Below, piece by piece: positions 10,552 through 20,137 of a DNA stretch of 64,000 nt. Numbering within the stretch: position 1 is the first letter of the stretch; each line of letters begins with the position of its first letter. A program made the translations under genes and the position numbers. Source of the DNA: Rhodobacterales bacterium (GTDB lineage: Bacteria; Pseudomonadota; Alphaproteobacteria; Rhodobacterales; Rhodobacteraceae). The notes beneath the pieces were generated by a model. It was not told where the DNA came from, ran no database searches, and worked only from the letters and a program-made list of their open reading frames with translations. The stretch lies in the NCBI GenBank assembly GCA_002748265.1, contig PDRY01000014.1, forward strand, positions 134,418 to 198,417, in the 5' to 3' direction.

Positions 10552-11808
10552 CTAAAGTCGCAGGTCCAACGAATCCGATGGTGTCCCCTGTTCGGAGAGG
10601 CGGATGGTGACGGACCCGTCCGCGGGGGCATGCCCACCAGTTCCGTGCCGGACGCCCTCTGGCTCCGGGTTGCTTTGCTGCCCCTGCCCTCCGTAGTCGC
10701 CAAAAGAGAGGGTCGCGCCGGACATTCCTGCGTCTTTGAAAGCGTCCAGCAATTGCTCGGCGTGGCGGCGAATCAGGTCGCCCGTTTCGGGGCGTTCGGT
10801 CAGAATGACGACCTGCATGCCGTTCTCCGACGGAGAAAGCGTCATCCGCACGCGGCCAAGCTCCGCAGGGGAAAGCTGGATTTCGGTCGTTCCGTCAGAG
10901 TTTCGCGTCGCGAGCGCGGTAAGCTGGTCGGTGAAGGCGCGTGGCCCGGCGCCTGGAGTCGCAACGGGGATAACCGGACCCGCCGCCGTGCTGGCCGAGG
11001 AGGAGGCGAGCGAAGCGGAGCCCGCTGGCAAAGCGGTGTCGTGGTCCAGCACCGGCGCTGCAGAATCAGATGAGTGCTCCGACGTTGGGATCTCTATTGG
11101 GGCCAGTTTGGCAGGTGCCATGGCGCCCGCTGGAGGAGGGCTCGTCGGCTGGGCGGTAGGAGACGGAGCCGCATTGGCCGGCGGGTTCTGCGTCTCCACG
11201 CGCGCGTCCCGAGGGGCGCGTTGCGCCTCGTTTGACCCTGGACTCGGGTCTGCCCCTGCTGGCTTCGCAGCGAGCCGACGATGGTCCGGAGCCGCCTCGG
11301 GGGGAGGTGTTTCCGGTGCCGCATCAAGAGTTAAAGACGCCTCCCGACGAGGAGCCGATTCAGGCGGGACAACCTGTTCGGGCCGCGTCGACGGCAGAGC
11401 GACTTGGATGGGCGCGGTTGGCGCATCTTTTGGCATGGATGCCGTTGAAGGGGCTGCAGGATCGGATGGTAGCGCCGTCATGGCTGCTCGCGGATCGGGA
11501 GGAACCAGTTTTTCGGCGGGCTCCTCCTGGGTCGCGTCGATCGGCGTAGCCAGAACAATGTCCGCCTCCGCACCCTCCGGGGTGTCGACATCTACAGGTG
11601 GCTCCGATGTTTGATCTTGCTTGGGATCGGACTCTTTCTGAGGCTCCGATTCACCGGTGCCGTCCGCGATGACGTCCGGGACCACTTCAGGCGCGCCCTC
11701 AAAAATGGCGGCAAAGCACGGGCCGGTTTGATCCGGCGCCTTGCTTTCGCATGGAGCCTGCACCTGCGTCGGCTGAGTGGGTGTGATTGCGATCATCATG
11801 GGGCTCAC
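10552..11808 (-). CDS. fliK: Flagellar hook-length control protein FliK
   Basis: A long Pro/Ala/Thr-rich low-complexity N-terminal region is followed by the FliK C-terminal domain (IQLSPAELGRVRMTLS...GMQVVILTERPETGDLIRRHAEQLLDAFKDAG). It lies immediately upstream of flgD. Confidence 0.75.
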   Translation of the reverse strand: MSPMMIAITPTQPTQVQAPCESKAPDQTGPCFAAIFEGAPEVVPDVIADGTGESEPQKESDPKQDQTSEPPVDVDTPEGAEADIVLATPIDATQEEPAEKLVPPDPRAAMTALPSDPAAPSTASMPKDAPTAPIQVALPSTRPEQVVPPESAPRREASLTLDAAPETPPPEAAPDHRRLAAKPAGADPSPGSNEAQRAPRDARVETQNPPANAAPSPTAQPTSPPPAGAMAPAKLAPIEIPTSEHSSDSAAPVLDHDTALPAGSASLASSSASTAAGPVIPVATPGAGPRAFTDQLTALATRNSDGTTEIQLSPAELGRVRMTLSPSENGMQVVILTERPETGDLIRRHAEQLLDAFKDAGMSGATLSFGDYGGQGQQSNPEPEGVRHGTGGHAPADGSVTIRLSEQGTPSDSLDLRL

Positions 11809-11860
11809 TCTTGCATCAAGGGCTTACCATTTCTTTACCGCCGAACGGTAAGTCAGGGGC

Positions 11861-12136
11861 ATGTTGACGAATTCAGTTTCACCCATGCCGCCGGGCGGTC
11901 CGTCTCAAATCTCACCCCTGCGCCGCGCCGCGCAGGAGCTGGAGGCCCAGTTTCTGGCGCAAATGCTGGAGGCCGCCGGTCTTCATGAGACAGAGGGCCA
12001 GTTCTCTGGCGGAGCGGGCGAATCGCAGTTCGCGTCGCTCCTGCGGCAAGAGCAGGCGCGAGGTATGGTGCAGGCCGGTGGAATCGGCCTCGCAGAAGCG
12101 ATCTTTAGATCTATGGGAGGGTCTGATGACGCCTGA
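11861..12136 (+). CDS. Flagellar rod-binding protein (FlgJ-like, muramidase-less)
   Basis: AAQELEAQFLAQMLEAAG... matches the N-terminal rod-binding domain of FlgJ and is divergent from fliK-flgD. An alternative start lies at MPPGG (11885). Confidence 0.6.
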   Translation: MLTNSVSPMPPGGPSQISPLRRAAQELEAQFLAQMLEAAGLHETEGQFSGGAGESQFASLLRQEQARGMVQAGGIGLAEAIFRSMGGSDDA

Positions 12137-12467
12137 TCCGATGTACCACCTGACCTGTCTCATTGAGGAGGAGCGGCAAGCGCTCTTGAGCGGGCAATAT
12201 GACTTGTTGGAGCGTCTCTCACGTCGCAAAGACACGATTCTGGACGGCATCGATTTTGCGCAGTGCGATCCGTCCGATCTGGCTACGCTGCAAGGCGAAA
12301 CCGCCCGCAATGAATCGCTTCTCAAGATCGCTCTGGACGCGATCCGCGAGGCAAGTGCAGACGCCCAGTCCGTGCGGGACCGGTTTGGGCGGCTTGAAAC
12401 CTATGGCCCGGCAGGGGAGCGTCGAAGCCTGAGCGCCCCGGTCGCGACCGCGATCCGCCGGGCCTAG
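12126..12467 (+). CDS. Hypothetical protein in the flagellar cluster (FlgN-like helical protein?)
   Basis: The ATG overlaps the upstream stop (translational coupling). The protein is ~113 aa, predicted helical, and rich in L/E/R (LIEEERQALLSGQYDLLERLSRRKDTILDGI). The assignment is by context only. Confidence 0.35.
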   Translation: MTPDPMYHLTCLIEEERQALLSGQYDLLERLSRRKDTILDGIDFAQCDPSDLATLQGETARNESLLKIALDAIREASADAQSVRDRFGRLETYGPAGERRSLSAPVATAIRRA

Positions 12468-12530
12468 CTGCTCTCTTGCCGCGCGAGCGCGGACGGGTCA
12501 TCCTTGGGGGACGACTTCCGGGGAGCCTCC

Positions 12531-13217
12531 ATGTCCGACAGCTACCAACCCATTCCTCTGCCGCATCGCCGGGATCTTTCGCCAGAGCGGATGCAGCAGG
12601 AAGCACAAGCCTTTCGGGCCCTTATGGCGCAGCGCCATTCGATCCGCGATTTCGCACCGACCTCTGTGGACCAATCGGTGATCGCGGATTGCATCGCGGC
12701 TGCGGGACTGGCGCCGTCCGGCGCGAACCAGCAGCCTTGGCATTTCGTCGCGATCTCCGATCCTGCCATGAAATCGCAAATTCGGGCTGCGGCCGAGGCG
12801 GAAGAAGAAAAGTTCTACGCTGGCGGCGGAGGGGACGTCTGGATCCGTGCGCTTGAGCCCATCGGGACCGGAGCGAACAAGCCGCATCTGGAGATCGCCC
12901 CCTGGCTGATCGTCATCTTTGCTCAGCGCTATGGCGTCGCCGCCGATGGCAGCCGGGTGAAGCACTACTATGTTCCCGAAAGCGTCGGCATTGCGACCGG
13001 TGTCCTGATCACCGCGCTCCATCACGCGGGCCTGTCGTGCCTGACCCACACGCCCAACCCGATGGGGTTTCTCAATGCGATGTGTCAGCGGCCTGAATCG
13101 GAAAAACCGGTGATGATCCTCGCGGTTGGGCACCCTGCGGAGAACGCGACTGTTCCCGCCGCAGCCAAACGCAAGAAACCGCTCGACCAGATCTCAACTT
13201 TCTGCACCAAGGATTGA
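12531..13217 (+). CDS. Nitroreductase family protein
   Basis: RHSIRDF...SGANQQPWHFVAI is the nitroreductase / NADH oxidase fold signature. The start at MSDSYQPI was chosen. Confidence 0.8.
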   Translation: MSDSYQPIPLPHRRDLSPERMQQEAQAFRALMAQRHSIRDFAPTSVDQSVIADCIAAAGLAPSGANQQPWHFVAISDPAMKSQIRAAAEAEEEKFYAGGGGDVWIRALEPIGTGANKPHLEIAPWLIVIFAQRYGVAADGSRVKHYYVPESVGIATGVLITALHHAGLSCLTHTPNPMGFLNAMCQRPESEKPVMILAVGHPAENATVPAAAKRKKPLDQISTFCTKD

Positions 13218-13220
13218 CCC

Positions 13221-14051
13221 ATGGAAATCATAAGTGAAAACAAATGTTTTGGTGGCAATCAGCTCGTCGCTTGCCATGACTCGGGCGCCACGAAGACAAA
13301 GATGACCTTCGGGCTCTTTCTCCCCGAAGAGGCCCGCGACGGGCCGGTGCCGCTGCTGTGGTATCTGTCGGGCCTGACCTGCACCCATGAAAACGCCATG
13401 ACCAAGGCGGGCGCGCAGGCCTGGGCGGCCGAGGCGGGGATCGCGCTGTGTTTCCCCGACACCTCCCCGCGCGGGGAGGGTATTGCGGATGATGGCGCCT
13501 ATGATCTGGGGCAGGGCGCCGGGTTCTACCTGGACGCCACGCAGGACCCTTGGGCACCGCATTTCCAGATGCGCCGCTACATCACCGAAGATCTTCCCGC
13601 GCTCCTGTTCGAAGAATTCGCGCTCGACCCGGAGCGGCAGGCGATCACCGGTCATTCCATGGGCGGCCACGGCGCTTTGACCTTGGCGCTGTCACAGCCC
13701 GGGCGCTACCGGTCGGTGTCGGCCTTTGCGCCGATCTGCAACCCGACCGAGTCGGAGTGGGGGCGCAAGCAGTTCCAAGCCTATCTGGGCGATGAGAGCC
13801 CCGCCTGGGCCGCCCATGATGCGACGATTCTGCTGCGGGAGACCGGGCTCGATGCGCCGCTGCTGATCGACACCGGCACCGAAGACCAGTTCAGCGATCA
13901 CCTGGGCACCGGCGCCATGGCGCAGGCTCTGGCCGAAACGCGCACCCCGGCCACGCTGCGGCTGCAGGACGGCTATGATCACAGCTATTTCTTCGTCTCC
14001 AGCTTCATGGCGGATCACGTCGCCTTCCACGCAGAGGCGCTCTGGGCGTGA
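13221..14051 (+). CDS. fghA: S-formylglutathione hydrolase (esterase D family)
   Basis: The [10 protein letters not shown] serine-hydrolase motif and overall esterase D/FrmB similarity ([21 protein letters not shown]...DTGTEDQF...YDHSYFF) support the call. Confidence 0.88.
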   Translation: MEIISENKCFGGNQLVACHDSGATKTKMTFGLFLPEEARDGPVPLLWYLSGLTCTHENAMTKAGAQAWAAEAGIALCFPDTSPRGEGIADDGAYDLGQGAGFYLDATQDPWAPHFQMRRYITEDLPALLFEEFALDPERQAITGHSMGGHGALTLALSQPGRYRSVSAFAPICNPTESEWGRKQFQAYLGDESPAWAAHDATILLRETGLDAPLLIDTGTEDQFSDHLGTGAMAQALAETRTPATLRLQDGYDHSYFFVSSFMADHVAFHAEALWA

Positions 14052-14506
14052 TCTATGTCGATGCCGATGCCTGCCCCGTGCGGGAGGAGACCATGCGCGT
14101 TGCGACCCGGCACCGGGTCCCGGTGAAGATGGTCTGTGACGGCGGGATCCGGCCTTCGGCCAACCCGTTGGTGGAGGTCGTGATCGTCGCCCAGGGCGCC
14201 GACGCGGCCGATGACTGGATCGCGGAACGGGTGGCGCCGGGCGATCTGGTCATCTCGGCCGACATCCCTTTGGCGGATCGCTGCGTGAAGGCGGGGGCCG
14301 AAGTGCTCAAACCGGACGGCACCGTTCTGGACGCCACCACCATCGGCCCGGCGCTTGCCACGCGCGATCTCATGGCGGACTTGCGCAGCGCCGATCCTTT
14401 CCGGCAAGGAGGCGGCAAAGCCTTCACCAAGGCCGACCGCAGCCGCTTCCTGAACGCGATGGAAAACGCCCTGCGCCGCGCCAGTTCCAAAAGGACCACC
14501 CCATGA
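14048..14506 (+). CDS. YaiI/YqgE-like UPF0178 (DUF188) protein
   Basis: (M)[10 protein letters not shown]... is the conserved N-terminus of the UPF0178 family. The GTG start overlaps the fghA stop. Confidence 0.7.
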   Translation: MIYVDADACPVREETMRVATRHRVPVKMVCDGGIRPSANPLVEVVIVAQGADAADDWIAERVAPGDLVISADIPLADRCVKAGAEVLKPDGTVLDATTIGPALATRDLMADLRSADPFRQGGGKAFTKADRSRFLNAMENALRRASSKRTTP

Positions 14507-15123
14507 CCATCGAAGCTGTCGTGTTCGACATCGGCAATGTGCTGATCCGCTGGGCGCCCGAGGCGTTCTATGACCGTGCGATCGGGCAGGACCGGCGTTT
14601 GCGCCTGTTCCAGGAGGTCGATCTGACCGGCATGAATGAGGGCGTCGATCTGGGCGCCGATTTCCGGCAATCGGTGTCGGATCTGGCGGATGCGCATCCC
14701 GATTGGGCCACAGAGATCCGCATGTGGGAAGAGCACTGGCTAGAGATGGCGAGCCCGGCCATCGACCGCTCCGTCCGGCTGCTGCGCGCTTTGCGCCGGA
14801 CCAAGATACCGGTCTATGCCCTGTCGAATTTCGGTCGCGAGACGTTCCGCATCGCCGAAGGCAACTACCCGTTCCTGGAGGAGTTCGACATCCGCATCCT
14901 GTCGGGTGAGCACAAAATGATGAAGCCCGACCCGGCGATCTACCACCTGCTCGAAGAGCAATCCGGCGTGGCGCCGGAGGCGTTGTTCTTCACCGACGAC
15001 CGGCCCGAAAACATTGACACCGCGAAAGAGCGGGGCTGGCAGACGCACTTGTTTGAGGGCGCCAAGGGGCTAGCAGAGCGGCTGGTCGAAGAGGGGCTTT
15101 TGACCGAAGAGGCCGCTGAATGA
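14503..15123 (+). CDS. HAD-superfamily hydrolase (haloacid dehalogenase-like)
   Basis: It has HAD motif I (VVFDIGNVL) and motif III/IV ([17 protein letters not shown]). The start overlaps the upstream stop. Confidence 0.75.
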   Translation: MTIEAVVFDIGNVLIRWAPEAFYDRAIGQDRRLRLFQEVDLTGMNEGVDLGADFRQSVSDLADAHPDWATEIRMWEEHWLEMASPAIDRSVRLLRALRRTKIPVYALSNFGRETFRIAEGNYPFLEEFDIRILSGEHKMMKPDPAIYHLLEEQSGVAPEALFFTDDRPENIDTAKERGWQTHLFEGAKGLAERLVEEGLLTEEAAE

Positions 15124-16013
15124 TCGACATCATTCCTTTCGAGGCCGAAGCAAAGCTGGACTGGATCGCCCTGACCGATGCGCTTGCCGCCGGGCATGAC
15201 CTGCCACGGGCCGAGGTCGCGGACAGCTTCCTTTATCGCGGCGATGACACCTTGCTGAACCGGGCGGCGTGGATCGACGGGCTCGGGCTGGCGGTAAAGG
15301 CCGCAACGATCTTTCCGAACAATGCAGGGCCGTCCGTGAATGGGGGCATCAGCCTGTTCTCTGATACCGACGGAACGCTTGAGGCGGTGGTCGATTTCCA
15401 CCTGGTCACCAAGTGGAAAACCGCCGGAGACAGCCTTTTGGCCGCGCGCCGTCTGGCCCGGCCCGACAGCCGCACGATCCTGATCGTGGGCGCGGGGACC
15501 GTGGCGGCCTCTTTGCGCGCGGCCTATGGCGCCGCCTTCCCGGATGCCCATTTCCTGGTCTGGAACCGCAGCCCTGCGGGGGCGGAGGCTCTGGCCGCGC
15601 AGGCCGCCAACACTGAGGCCGTGACCGATCTGGAAGCCGCCGTGGCGCGGGCCGACATCGTCACCTGCGCCACGATGAGCAACACGCCGGTGCTGCGCGG
15701 GGCGTGGCTGCGGCCCGGTCAGCATGTCGATCTGATCGGCGCTTATCGCCCCGATATGCGTGAGGCCGATGACGATGTGCTCACACGCGGGGCGCTGTTC
15801 GTGGACAGCCGGGCCACGACCATCGGCCATATCGGAGAAATCCAGGACCCTCTGGATCGGGGCGTGATCTCGGAAGCCGACATTCGCGCGGATTACTACG
15901 ATCTGCCCGCCTTCACCCGCGCGCCCGAGGACATCACGGTCTTCAAGAATGGCGGCGGCGCCCATCTGGACCTGATGACCGCGCGCTACATCCTTGAGGC
16001 GTGGCGGGGCTGA
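15120..16013 (+). CDS. Ornithine cyclodeaminase / mu-crystallin family protein
   Basis: The Rossmann motif LIVGAGTVAASL and OCD/mu-crystallin family architecture support the call. The start overlaps the upstream stop. Confidence 0.75.
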   Translation: MIDIIPFEAEAKLDWIALTDALAAGHDLPRAEVADSFLYRGDDTLLNRAAWIDGLGLAVKAATIFPNNAGPSVNGGISLFSDTDGTLEAVVDFHLVTKWKTAGDSLLAARRLARPDSRTILIVGAGTVAASLRAAYGAAFPDAHFLVWNRSPAGAEALAAQAANTEAVTDLEAAVARADIVTCATMSNTPVLRGAWLRPGQHVDLIGAYRPDMREADDDVLTRGALFVDSRATTIGHIGEIQDPLDRGVISEADIRADYYDLPAFTRAPEDITVFKNGGGAHLDLMTARYILEAWRG

Positions 16014-16053
16014 ACTCACGTCCTTCGTCAGAACGGCGAAGGGCAACCTGCGC

Positions 16054-17085
16054 CTAAAGCGATGCTTCGACCCTGAATCCCTCGGGGATCGTGTCGCGGC
16101 CCTCCAGCACCAGATCGGCCATCGCTTCTCCGGCGGCGGGTGCCATGCCGAACCCGATCTTGAACCCGCCATTGGCGATGAACACGCCGCTTCGTAGAGG
16201 GTGCGGCCCCAACATCGGCGCGCGGGATCGGGCGCGCGGGCGCAGCCCGGCCCAGCGGGCGATTTCGGGCGCATCGCGCAGGGCGGGCACGGCGGCGCGG
16301 GCGCGGGCCACCACATCGTCCAGCAGAGCATCAGTGCCAAGCCCGTCGAACTCCCGCTCTGTGGTCGATCCGATCGCGACGGTGCCGTTCAGATGCGGGA
16401 TCACGTGCAGCCCGTCCGCGAAAAGCTGCGGCGCGCCTGCGCGGTTCTGCTCTAGAAGCGCGGCCTGCCCCTTGATCGGTTGGCCGATGGTGCGGCCCAT
16501 CTCGCGGGACAGGTCCTCCAGCCCCGCCGCGCCGGTGGCGAGCACGAGGGCACCCTGTTCGGGGCCTTCGGTCACGATCTCGCCGCCCTTGGCGATGATC
16601 GCGCGGGCGAGCGCATCGCAGGCGCCCGCCGGGCTCAGATGGGCTGAGAGCGTGTCGCGGATCCACCAGCCGGAGGGGCTCTGCGGCGCCCAATCGCTTT
16701 CAGTGCGGATGACGTCCCAAAGCGCATGGCCCTGCCACAGCTCCGCCGCGCCTGCCGCTCGCCCGCGGGCCAGCTCCAACGCGTGGTCATCCGCCACGGG
16801 CTGCAACCGCCCGGCATTGACATAGCCGGGATCGCCGCCGCCGGTGGCGGCCACCTCGGGCCACCAGTCGCGCGCCATCAGCAGGGATTTGAGCTGAAAC
16901 GCCTTCTTGTCGTTCCAGTTCTCGGGCACATGGGGCGCTAGGGCTCCGACGATCCCGCCAGACGATCCTGCGCCCGGTCCGCCCGGGTCGATCACCCGGA
17001 CCTTTGCCCCGCGTTTGACGCAGGCCCAGGCCACGGACAGGCCAAAAGCCCCCGCTCCGCGTATGGTCACGTCGATCATTGCCAT
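16054..17085 (-). CDS. FAD-dependent oxidoreductase (DAO family; possibly the MnmC oxidase-domain equivalent)
   Basis: It has the N-terminal dinucleotide-binding motif VTIRGAGAFGLSVAWA...VRVID and DAO-type length. It is divergent from an MnmD-like methyltransferase gene. Confidence 0.7.
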   Translation of the reverse strand: MAMIDVTIRGAGAFGLSVAWACVKRGAKVRVIDPGGPGAGSSGGIVGALAPHVPENWNDKKAFQLKSLLMARDWWPEVAATGGGDPGYVNAGRLQPVADDHALELARGRAAGAAELWQGHALWDVIRTESDWAPQSPSGWWIRDTLSAHLSPAGACDALARAIIAKGGEIVTEGPEQGALVLATGAAGLEDLSREMGRTIGQPIKGQAALLEQNRAGAPQLFADGLHVIPHLNGTVAIGSTTEREFDGLGTDALLDDVVARARAAVPALRDAPEIARWAGLRPRARSRAPMLGPHPLRSGVFIANGGFKIGFGMAPAAGEAMADLVLEGRDTIPEGFRVEASL

Positions 17086-17137
17086 TGCCTGTCCTCGCGG
17101 TCACTCTGTGCGCCGGACCCTAGCCGGAGCGCCCCCC

Positions 17138-17794
17138 ATGGACCAGAGCAGCGACACCACCTGGAACGGCCCTGTGCCGGTCTCTCGCCGGTTCGATGAT
17201 CCGTATTTCAGCCTTGAGAACGGACTGGAGGAGACGCGGCACGTCTTTCTTGACGGAAATCGGCTGGGGGATCGCCTGACCGAACCCTTGCGCATCGCAG
17301 AGCTGGGATTTGGCACCGGGCTCAACCTGTTGGCCACCTGGGCTCTGTGGGAGCAAGGCCCGCGCGCGCCGCTGTCCTTCACCAGCTTCGAAGCCTTCCC
17401 GATGGCCCCGGCGGATCGCACCGCTGCCCTTGCCGCCTTCCCCGCCCTGGCCGACAAGGCCGCGCGATTGGAGGCGGCCCTGACCTCGGGCGCAGAGCTG
17501 GCCCCGAACCTGACGCTGACCCTGATTGAAGGCGATGCACGCGCAGCCCTGCCCGCGTGGGAGGGTTGCGCGGATGCCTGGTTCCTTGACGGGTTTGCCC
17601 CCGCCAAGAACCCAGAACTGTGGGAGCCCGCCCTGATGCAGGCCGTCCACGACCACACCGCACCGTGTGGCACGTTTGCCACCTATACGGCGGCGGGGGC
17701 AGTGCGCCGTGCGTTGACCGATGCGGGGTTTGCCGTGACACGGGTGCCGGGCTTTGGCCGCAAGCGTCATATGACCATTGGCGCCCGTCCGTGA
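17138..17794 (+). CDS. tRNA mnm5s2U34 biosynthesis methyltransferase domain protein (MnmD / MnmC N-domain-like, DUF752)
   Basis: It has a SAM-MTase motif (ELGFGTGLN) and the conserved FLDGFAPAKNPELW motif characteristic of the MnmC N-terminal domain. The start at MDQSS was chosen; the ORF from 16907 overlaps the divergent gene. Confidence 0.7.
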   Translation: MDQSSDTTWNGPVPVSRRFDDPYFSLENGLEETRHVFLDGNRLGDRLTEPLRIAELGFGTGLNLLATWALWEQGPRAPLSFTSFEAFPMAPADRTAALAAFPALADKAARLEAALTSGAELAPNLTLTLIEGDARAALPAWEGCADAWFLDGFAPAKNPELWEPALMQAVHDHTAPCGTFATYTAAGAVRRALTDAGFAVTRVPGFGRKRHMTIGARP

Positions 17795-18660
17795 GCCAGG
17801 ACCAGAACACAAAGCTGGGCATCTGGCTGATGGTGGCCACCACGCTGGTCTTTGCCAGCCAGGACGGGATCAGCCGCCATCTGGCCAGCACCTACAATGT
17901 GCTGATGGTGGTGATGATCCGCTACTGGTTCTTTGCCGCCTTCGTGATCGTTCTGGCCAAACGGCAAGTGGGCTCTGTCCGCGCTGCGGCAGCGACGAAG
18001 CAGCCGGTCCTGCAAGCGGTCCGAGGCGTTCTTCTGGTGGCCGAGGTCTGCGTGATGGTGCTGGGTTTCGTCCATCTCGGGCTGGTCGAAAGCCAGGCCG
18101 TGTTCGGCTGCTATCCGCTTCTGATCGCGGCGCTGTCGGGTCCGATCCTGGGCGAATCCGTCGGCTGGCGCAGATGGGTGGCCATCGGCATCGGAGCCGT
18201 CGGGGTGATGGTGATCCTCAACCCCGGATCGGGCGTGTTCGCCCCTGCGGCGGTGCTGCCTCTGGCGTCGGCCTTCATGTTTGCGCTCTACGGCCTTCTG
18301 ACGCGCTACGCGGCCCGCAAGGACAGCGCGGCGACATCGTTCTTCTGGACCGGCACCACCGGGGCCGTGGCAATCACCTTGGTTGGGCTGTGGGTCTGGG
18401 AGCCCATGACCGCCCACGATTGGCTGTGGATGGCGCTGCTTTGCGTCACTGGCGCGGGTGGGCATTTCCTGCTCATCAAGACCTACGAGGTCGCGGAGGC
18501 AAGCGCAGTGCAGCCCTTTGCCTTCCTCCAGATCGTGTTTGGCGCGCTGATCGGCATCACCGTGTTCGGAGAGATCTTGCGGCCCAACGTGGCTTTGGGC
18601 GCCGCCATCGTCGTGGGGGCGGGGCTGTTCACCCTGATGCGGGCGCGGCGCCGGGCCTAG
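17791..18660 (+). CDS. DMT-superfamily (EamA-like) transporter
   Basis: It has ~10 TM helices in a duplicated EamA-type arrangement. The GTG at 17791 overlaps the upstream stop; an alternative ATG lies at 17830. Confidence 0.7.
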   Translation: MSQDQNTKLGIWLMVATTLVFASQDGISRHLASTYNVLMVVMIRYWFFAAFVIVLAKRQVGSVRAAAATKQPVLQAVRGVLLVAEVCVMVLGFVHLGLVESQAVFGCYPLLIAALSGPILGESVGWRRWVAIGIGAVGVMVILNPGSGVFAPAAVLPLASAFMFALYGLLTRYAARKDSAATSFFWTGTTGAVAITLVGLWVWEPMTAHDWLWMALLCVTGAGGHFLLIKTYEVAEASAVQPFAFLQIVFGALIGITVFGEILRPNVALGAAIVVGAGLFTLMRARRRA

Positions 18661-19163
18661 CGGCGATGCTCCGGGCGGTGGCGCCCCGGCGCGAAGCGTT
18701 CCCGGGAACGGAGCTCACGCTCCAGCCGGTCGGCAAAGGCGGCGCGCTCCTCGGCAGGCATGGCGGAGAGCCGCGCGCTCAGCGCGCCCGTGCCCGCCTG
18801 GGCCCAATTGTCGGCGCGGGCGCGCTGCCGGGCCAGCAGCTCTGTGAAGGCGGCGTCATCGAACGGATCGGCGCGCAGAAGCTCCAGCATCTTGGCCAGC
18901 TCGCCGCCCCGAGCGCTGCGCGTCTGAGGGCTGGGCCGGTCGCCGCGGGCGATTTCGGCGCGGATGGTCTGGCCGATGGCGCGGCGATCATCCTCGCTCA
19001 GCGCGCGGGTGAGGGGGCCAAGGCTCAGGTCCACGGCGCGGGGATTGCGCCCGTCGGGGCCGTTGAGAATCGCGCCGAGGATCAGCCCGATCACCAGAAC
19101 GTTCAGGGCCAGAGAAATCGGCAGGATGATGCGCCGCAGGCGCGAGGGCTTGGGGGGCTCCAT
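18657..19163 (-). CDS. Periplasmic heavy-metal-sensor/Spy-CpxP-like protein (third gene of the ECF sigma operon)
   Basis: It has an N-terminal TM/signal (ILPISLALNVLVIGLILGAIL) followed by a helical region with repeated L/R/E/A motifs (LTRAL...RAEIARG...LLARQRARADNWA) typical of the CpxP/Spy-like periplasmic sensor family. The position after the anti-sigma gene supports the call. Confidence 0.55.
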   Translation of the reverse strand: MEPPKPSRLRRIILPISLALNVLVIGLILGAILNGPDGRNPRAVDLSLGPLTRALSEDDRRAIGQTIRAEIARGDRPSPQTRSARGGELAKMLELLRADPFDDAAFTELLARQRARADNWAQAGTGALSARLSAMPAEERAAFADRLERELRSRERFAPGRHRPEHRR

Positions 19164-19165
19164 TC

Positions 19166-19513
19166 TTAGTCCTCCAGGCTCAATGCGCCATCGCTCAACA
19201 CGGTGAGGCTAACGCTGTCGCCCATCATGCGGGCAGTGATGTCTTGGACCATGACGGGGGGCATGATTCCGATCCAGAGCCCAGCCACCCCCGCCACGGC
19301 CATGCCGCCCAGAGACGGCCAACCCCCGACAGCCGCCCGGATCGATTCCCAAAGCGAGCGCGGCGCGGGAGCGGGTTCAAGCGGCGTGGGCATTTCGCGC
19401 AGGGCATCGCCCATGATCCGGGCCGAGAGCGTTTCGCTCATCTCGGGCGCGGGTTCTTCCGCGATCTCCGCGAAGAGCGCGTCGAGCTGATCCATATCCG
19501 TGCGGTCCGTCAT
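19166..19513 (-). CDS. Putative anti-sigma factor (single TM)
   Basis: It lies immediately downstream of the ECF sigma gene (start 1 nt after the sigma stop). It has an acidic N-terminal region and a single TM (GGMAVAGVAGLWIGIMPP). Confidence 0.5.
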   Translation of the reverse strand: MTDRTDMDQLDALFAEIAEEPAPEMSETLSARIMGDALREMPTPLEPAPAPRSLWESIRAAVGGWPSLGGMAVAGVAGLWIGIMPPVMVQDITARMMGDSVSLTVLSDGALSLED

Positions 19514-20092
19514 CTAAAGAACCCCCAATTCTGTCCTGCGCGGCGATAGCGCCGCCGCCAGAGCCCGTTTGCCCCGGGCCGTCAGACTTTCGACGGCTTC
19601 GGGCGTGATGTCCATGATCGCGGCAATTTCGGAATTGCCCAGACCTTCGAAGTGGCGCAGCGCTACCGCCTGTGCCTGCCGTTCGGGCAGATCGGCGAGT
19701 GCGGTTCGCAGAGCCTGTGCCCGGGCATCGCGCTGCAGTTCCTGCATCGGCGTGGCCGCTTCGTCCACCGGCTCTGGTGCAGCGTCAAGCGCCACATTGC
19801 GCCCCCCGCGCCGCAGCCGGTCCGTGCATAGGTTGGCCGTCACCCGGTAGAGCCAGGTCGACACCTGTGCGCCCTCCTCCACCCAGTCGGGGGCGGCGCG
19901 CCACAGGCGGAGCATGGCCTCCTGGGTCACGTCCTCTGCCTCGGCCTGCTGACCCAGCATGCGCCGGGCCTGAGCCAGAACGCGCGGCGCGAGGCGGCGG
20001 GTCAGTTCCGCCGCCGCACGCGCATCACCCGCCGCATAGGCGGCAAGCAAGTCCCCGTCCGAGGGGGAAGGCGTGTTGGAGCCATCGGTCAT
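19514..20092 (-). CDS. RNA polymerase ECF-type sigma-70 factor
   Basis: Sigma region 2 (EDVTQEAMLRLWRAAPDWVEEGAQVSTWLYRVTANLCTDRLRR) and region 4 (LPERQAQAVALRHFEGLGNSEIAAIMDITPEAVESLTARGKRAL) are both present. Confidence 0.9.
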   Translation of the reverse strand: MTDGSNTPSPSDGDLLAAYAAGDARAAAELTRRLAPRVLAQARRMLGQQAEAEDVTQEAMLRLWRAAPDWVEEGAQVSTWLYRVTANLCTDRLRRGGRNVALDAAPEPVDEAATPMQELQRDARAQALRTALADLPERQAQAVALRHFEGLGNSEIAAIMDITPEAVESLTARGKRALAAALSPRRTELGVL

Positions 20093-20137
20093 ACCGGGAT
20101 CGTTTGTGCCCGCTCCGTCGGACGGGGTCCATCCGCG

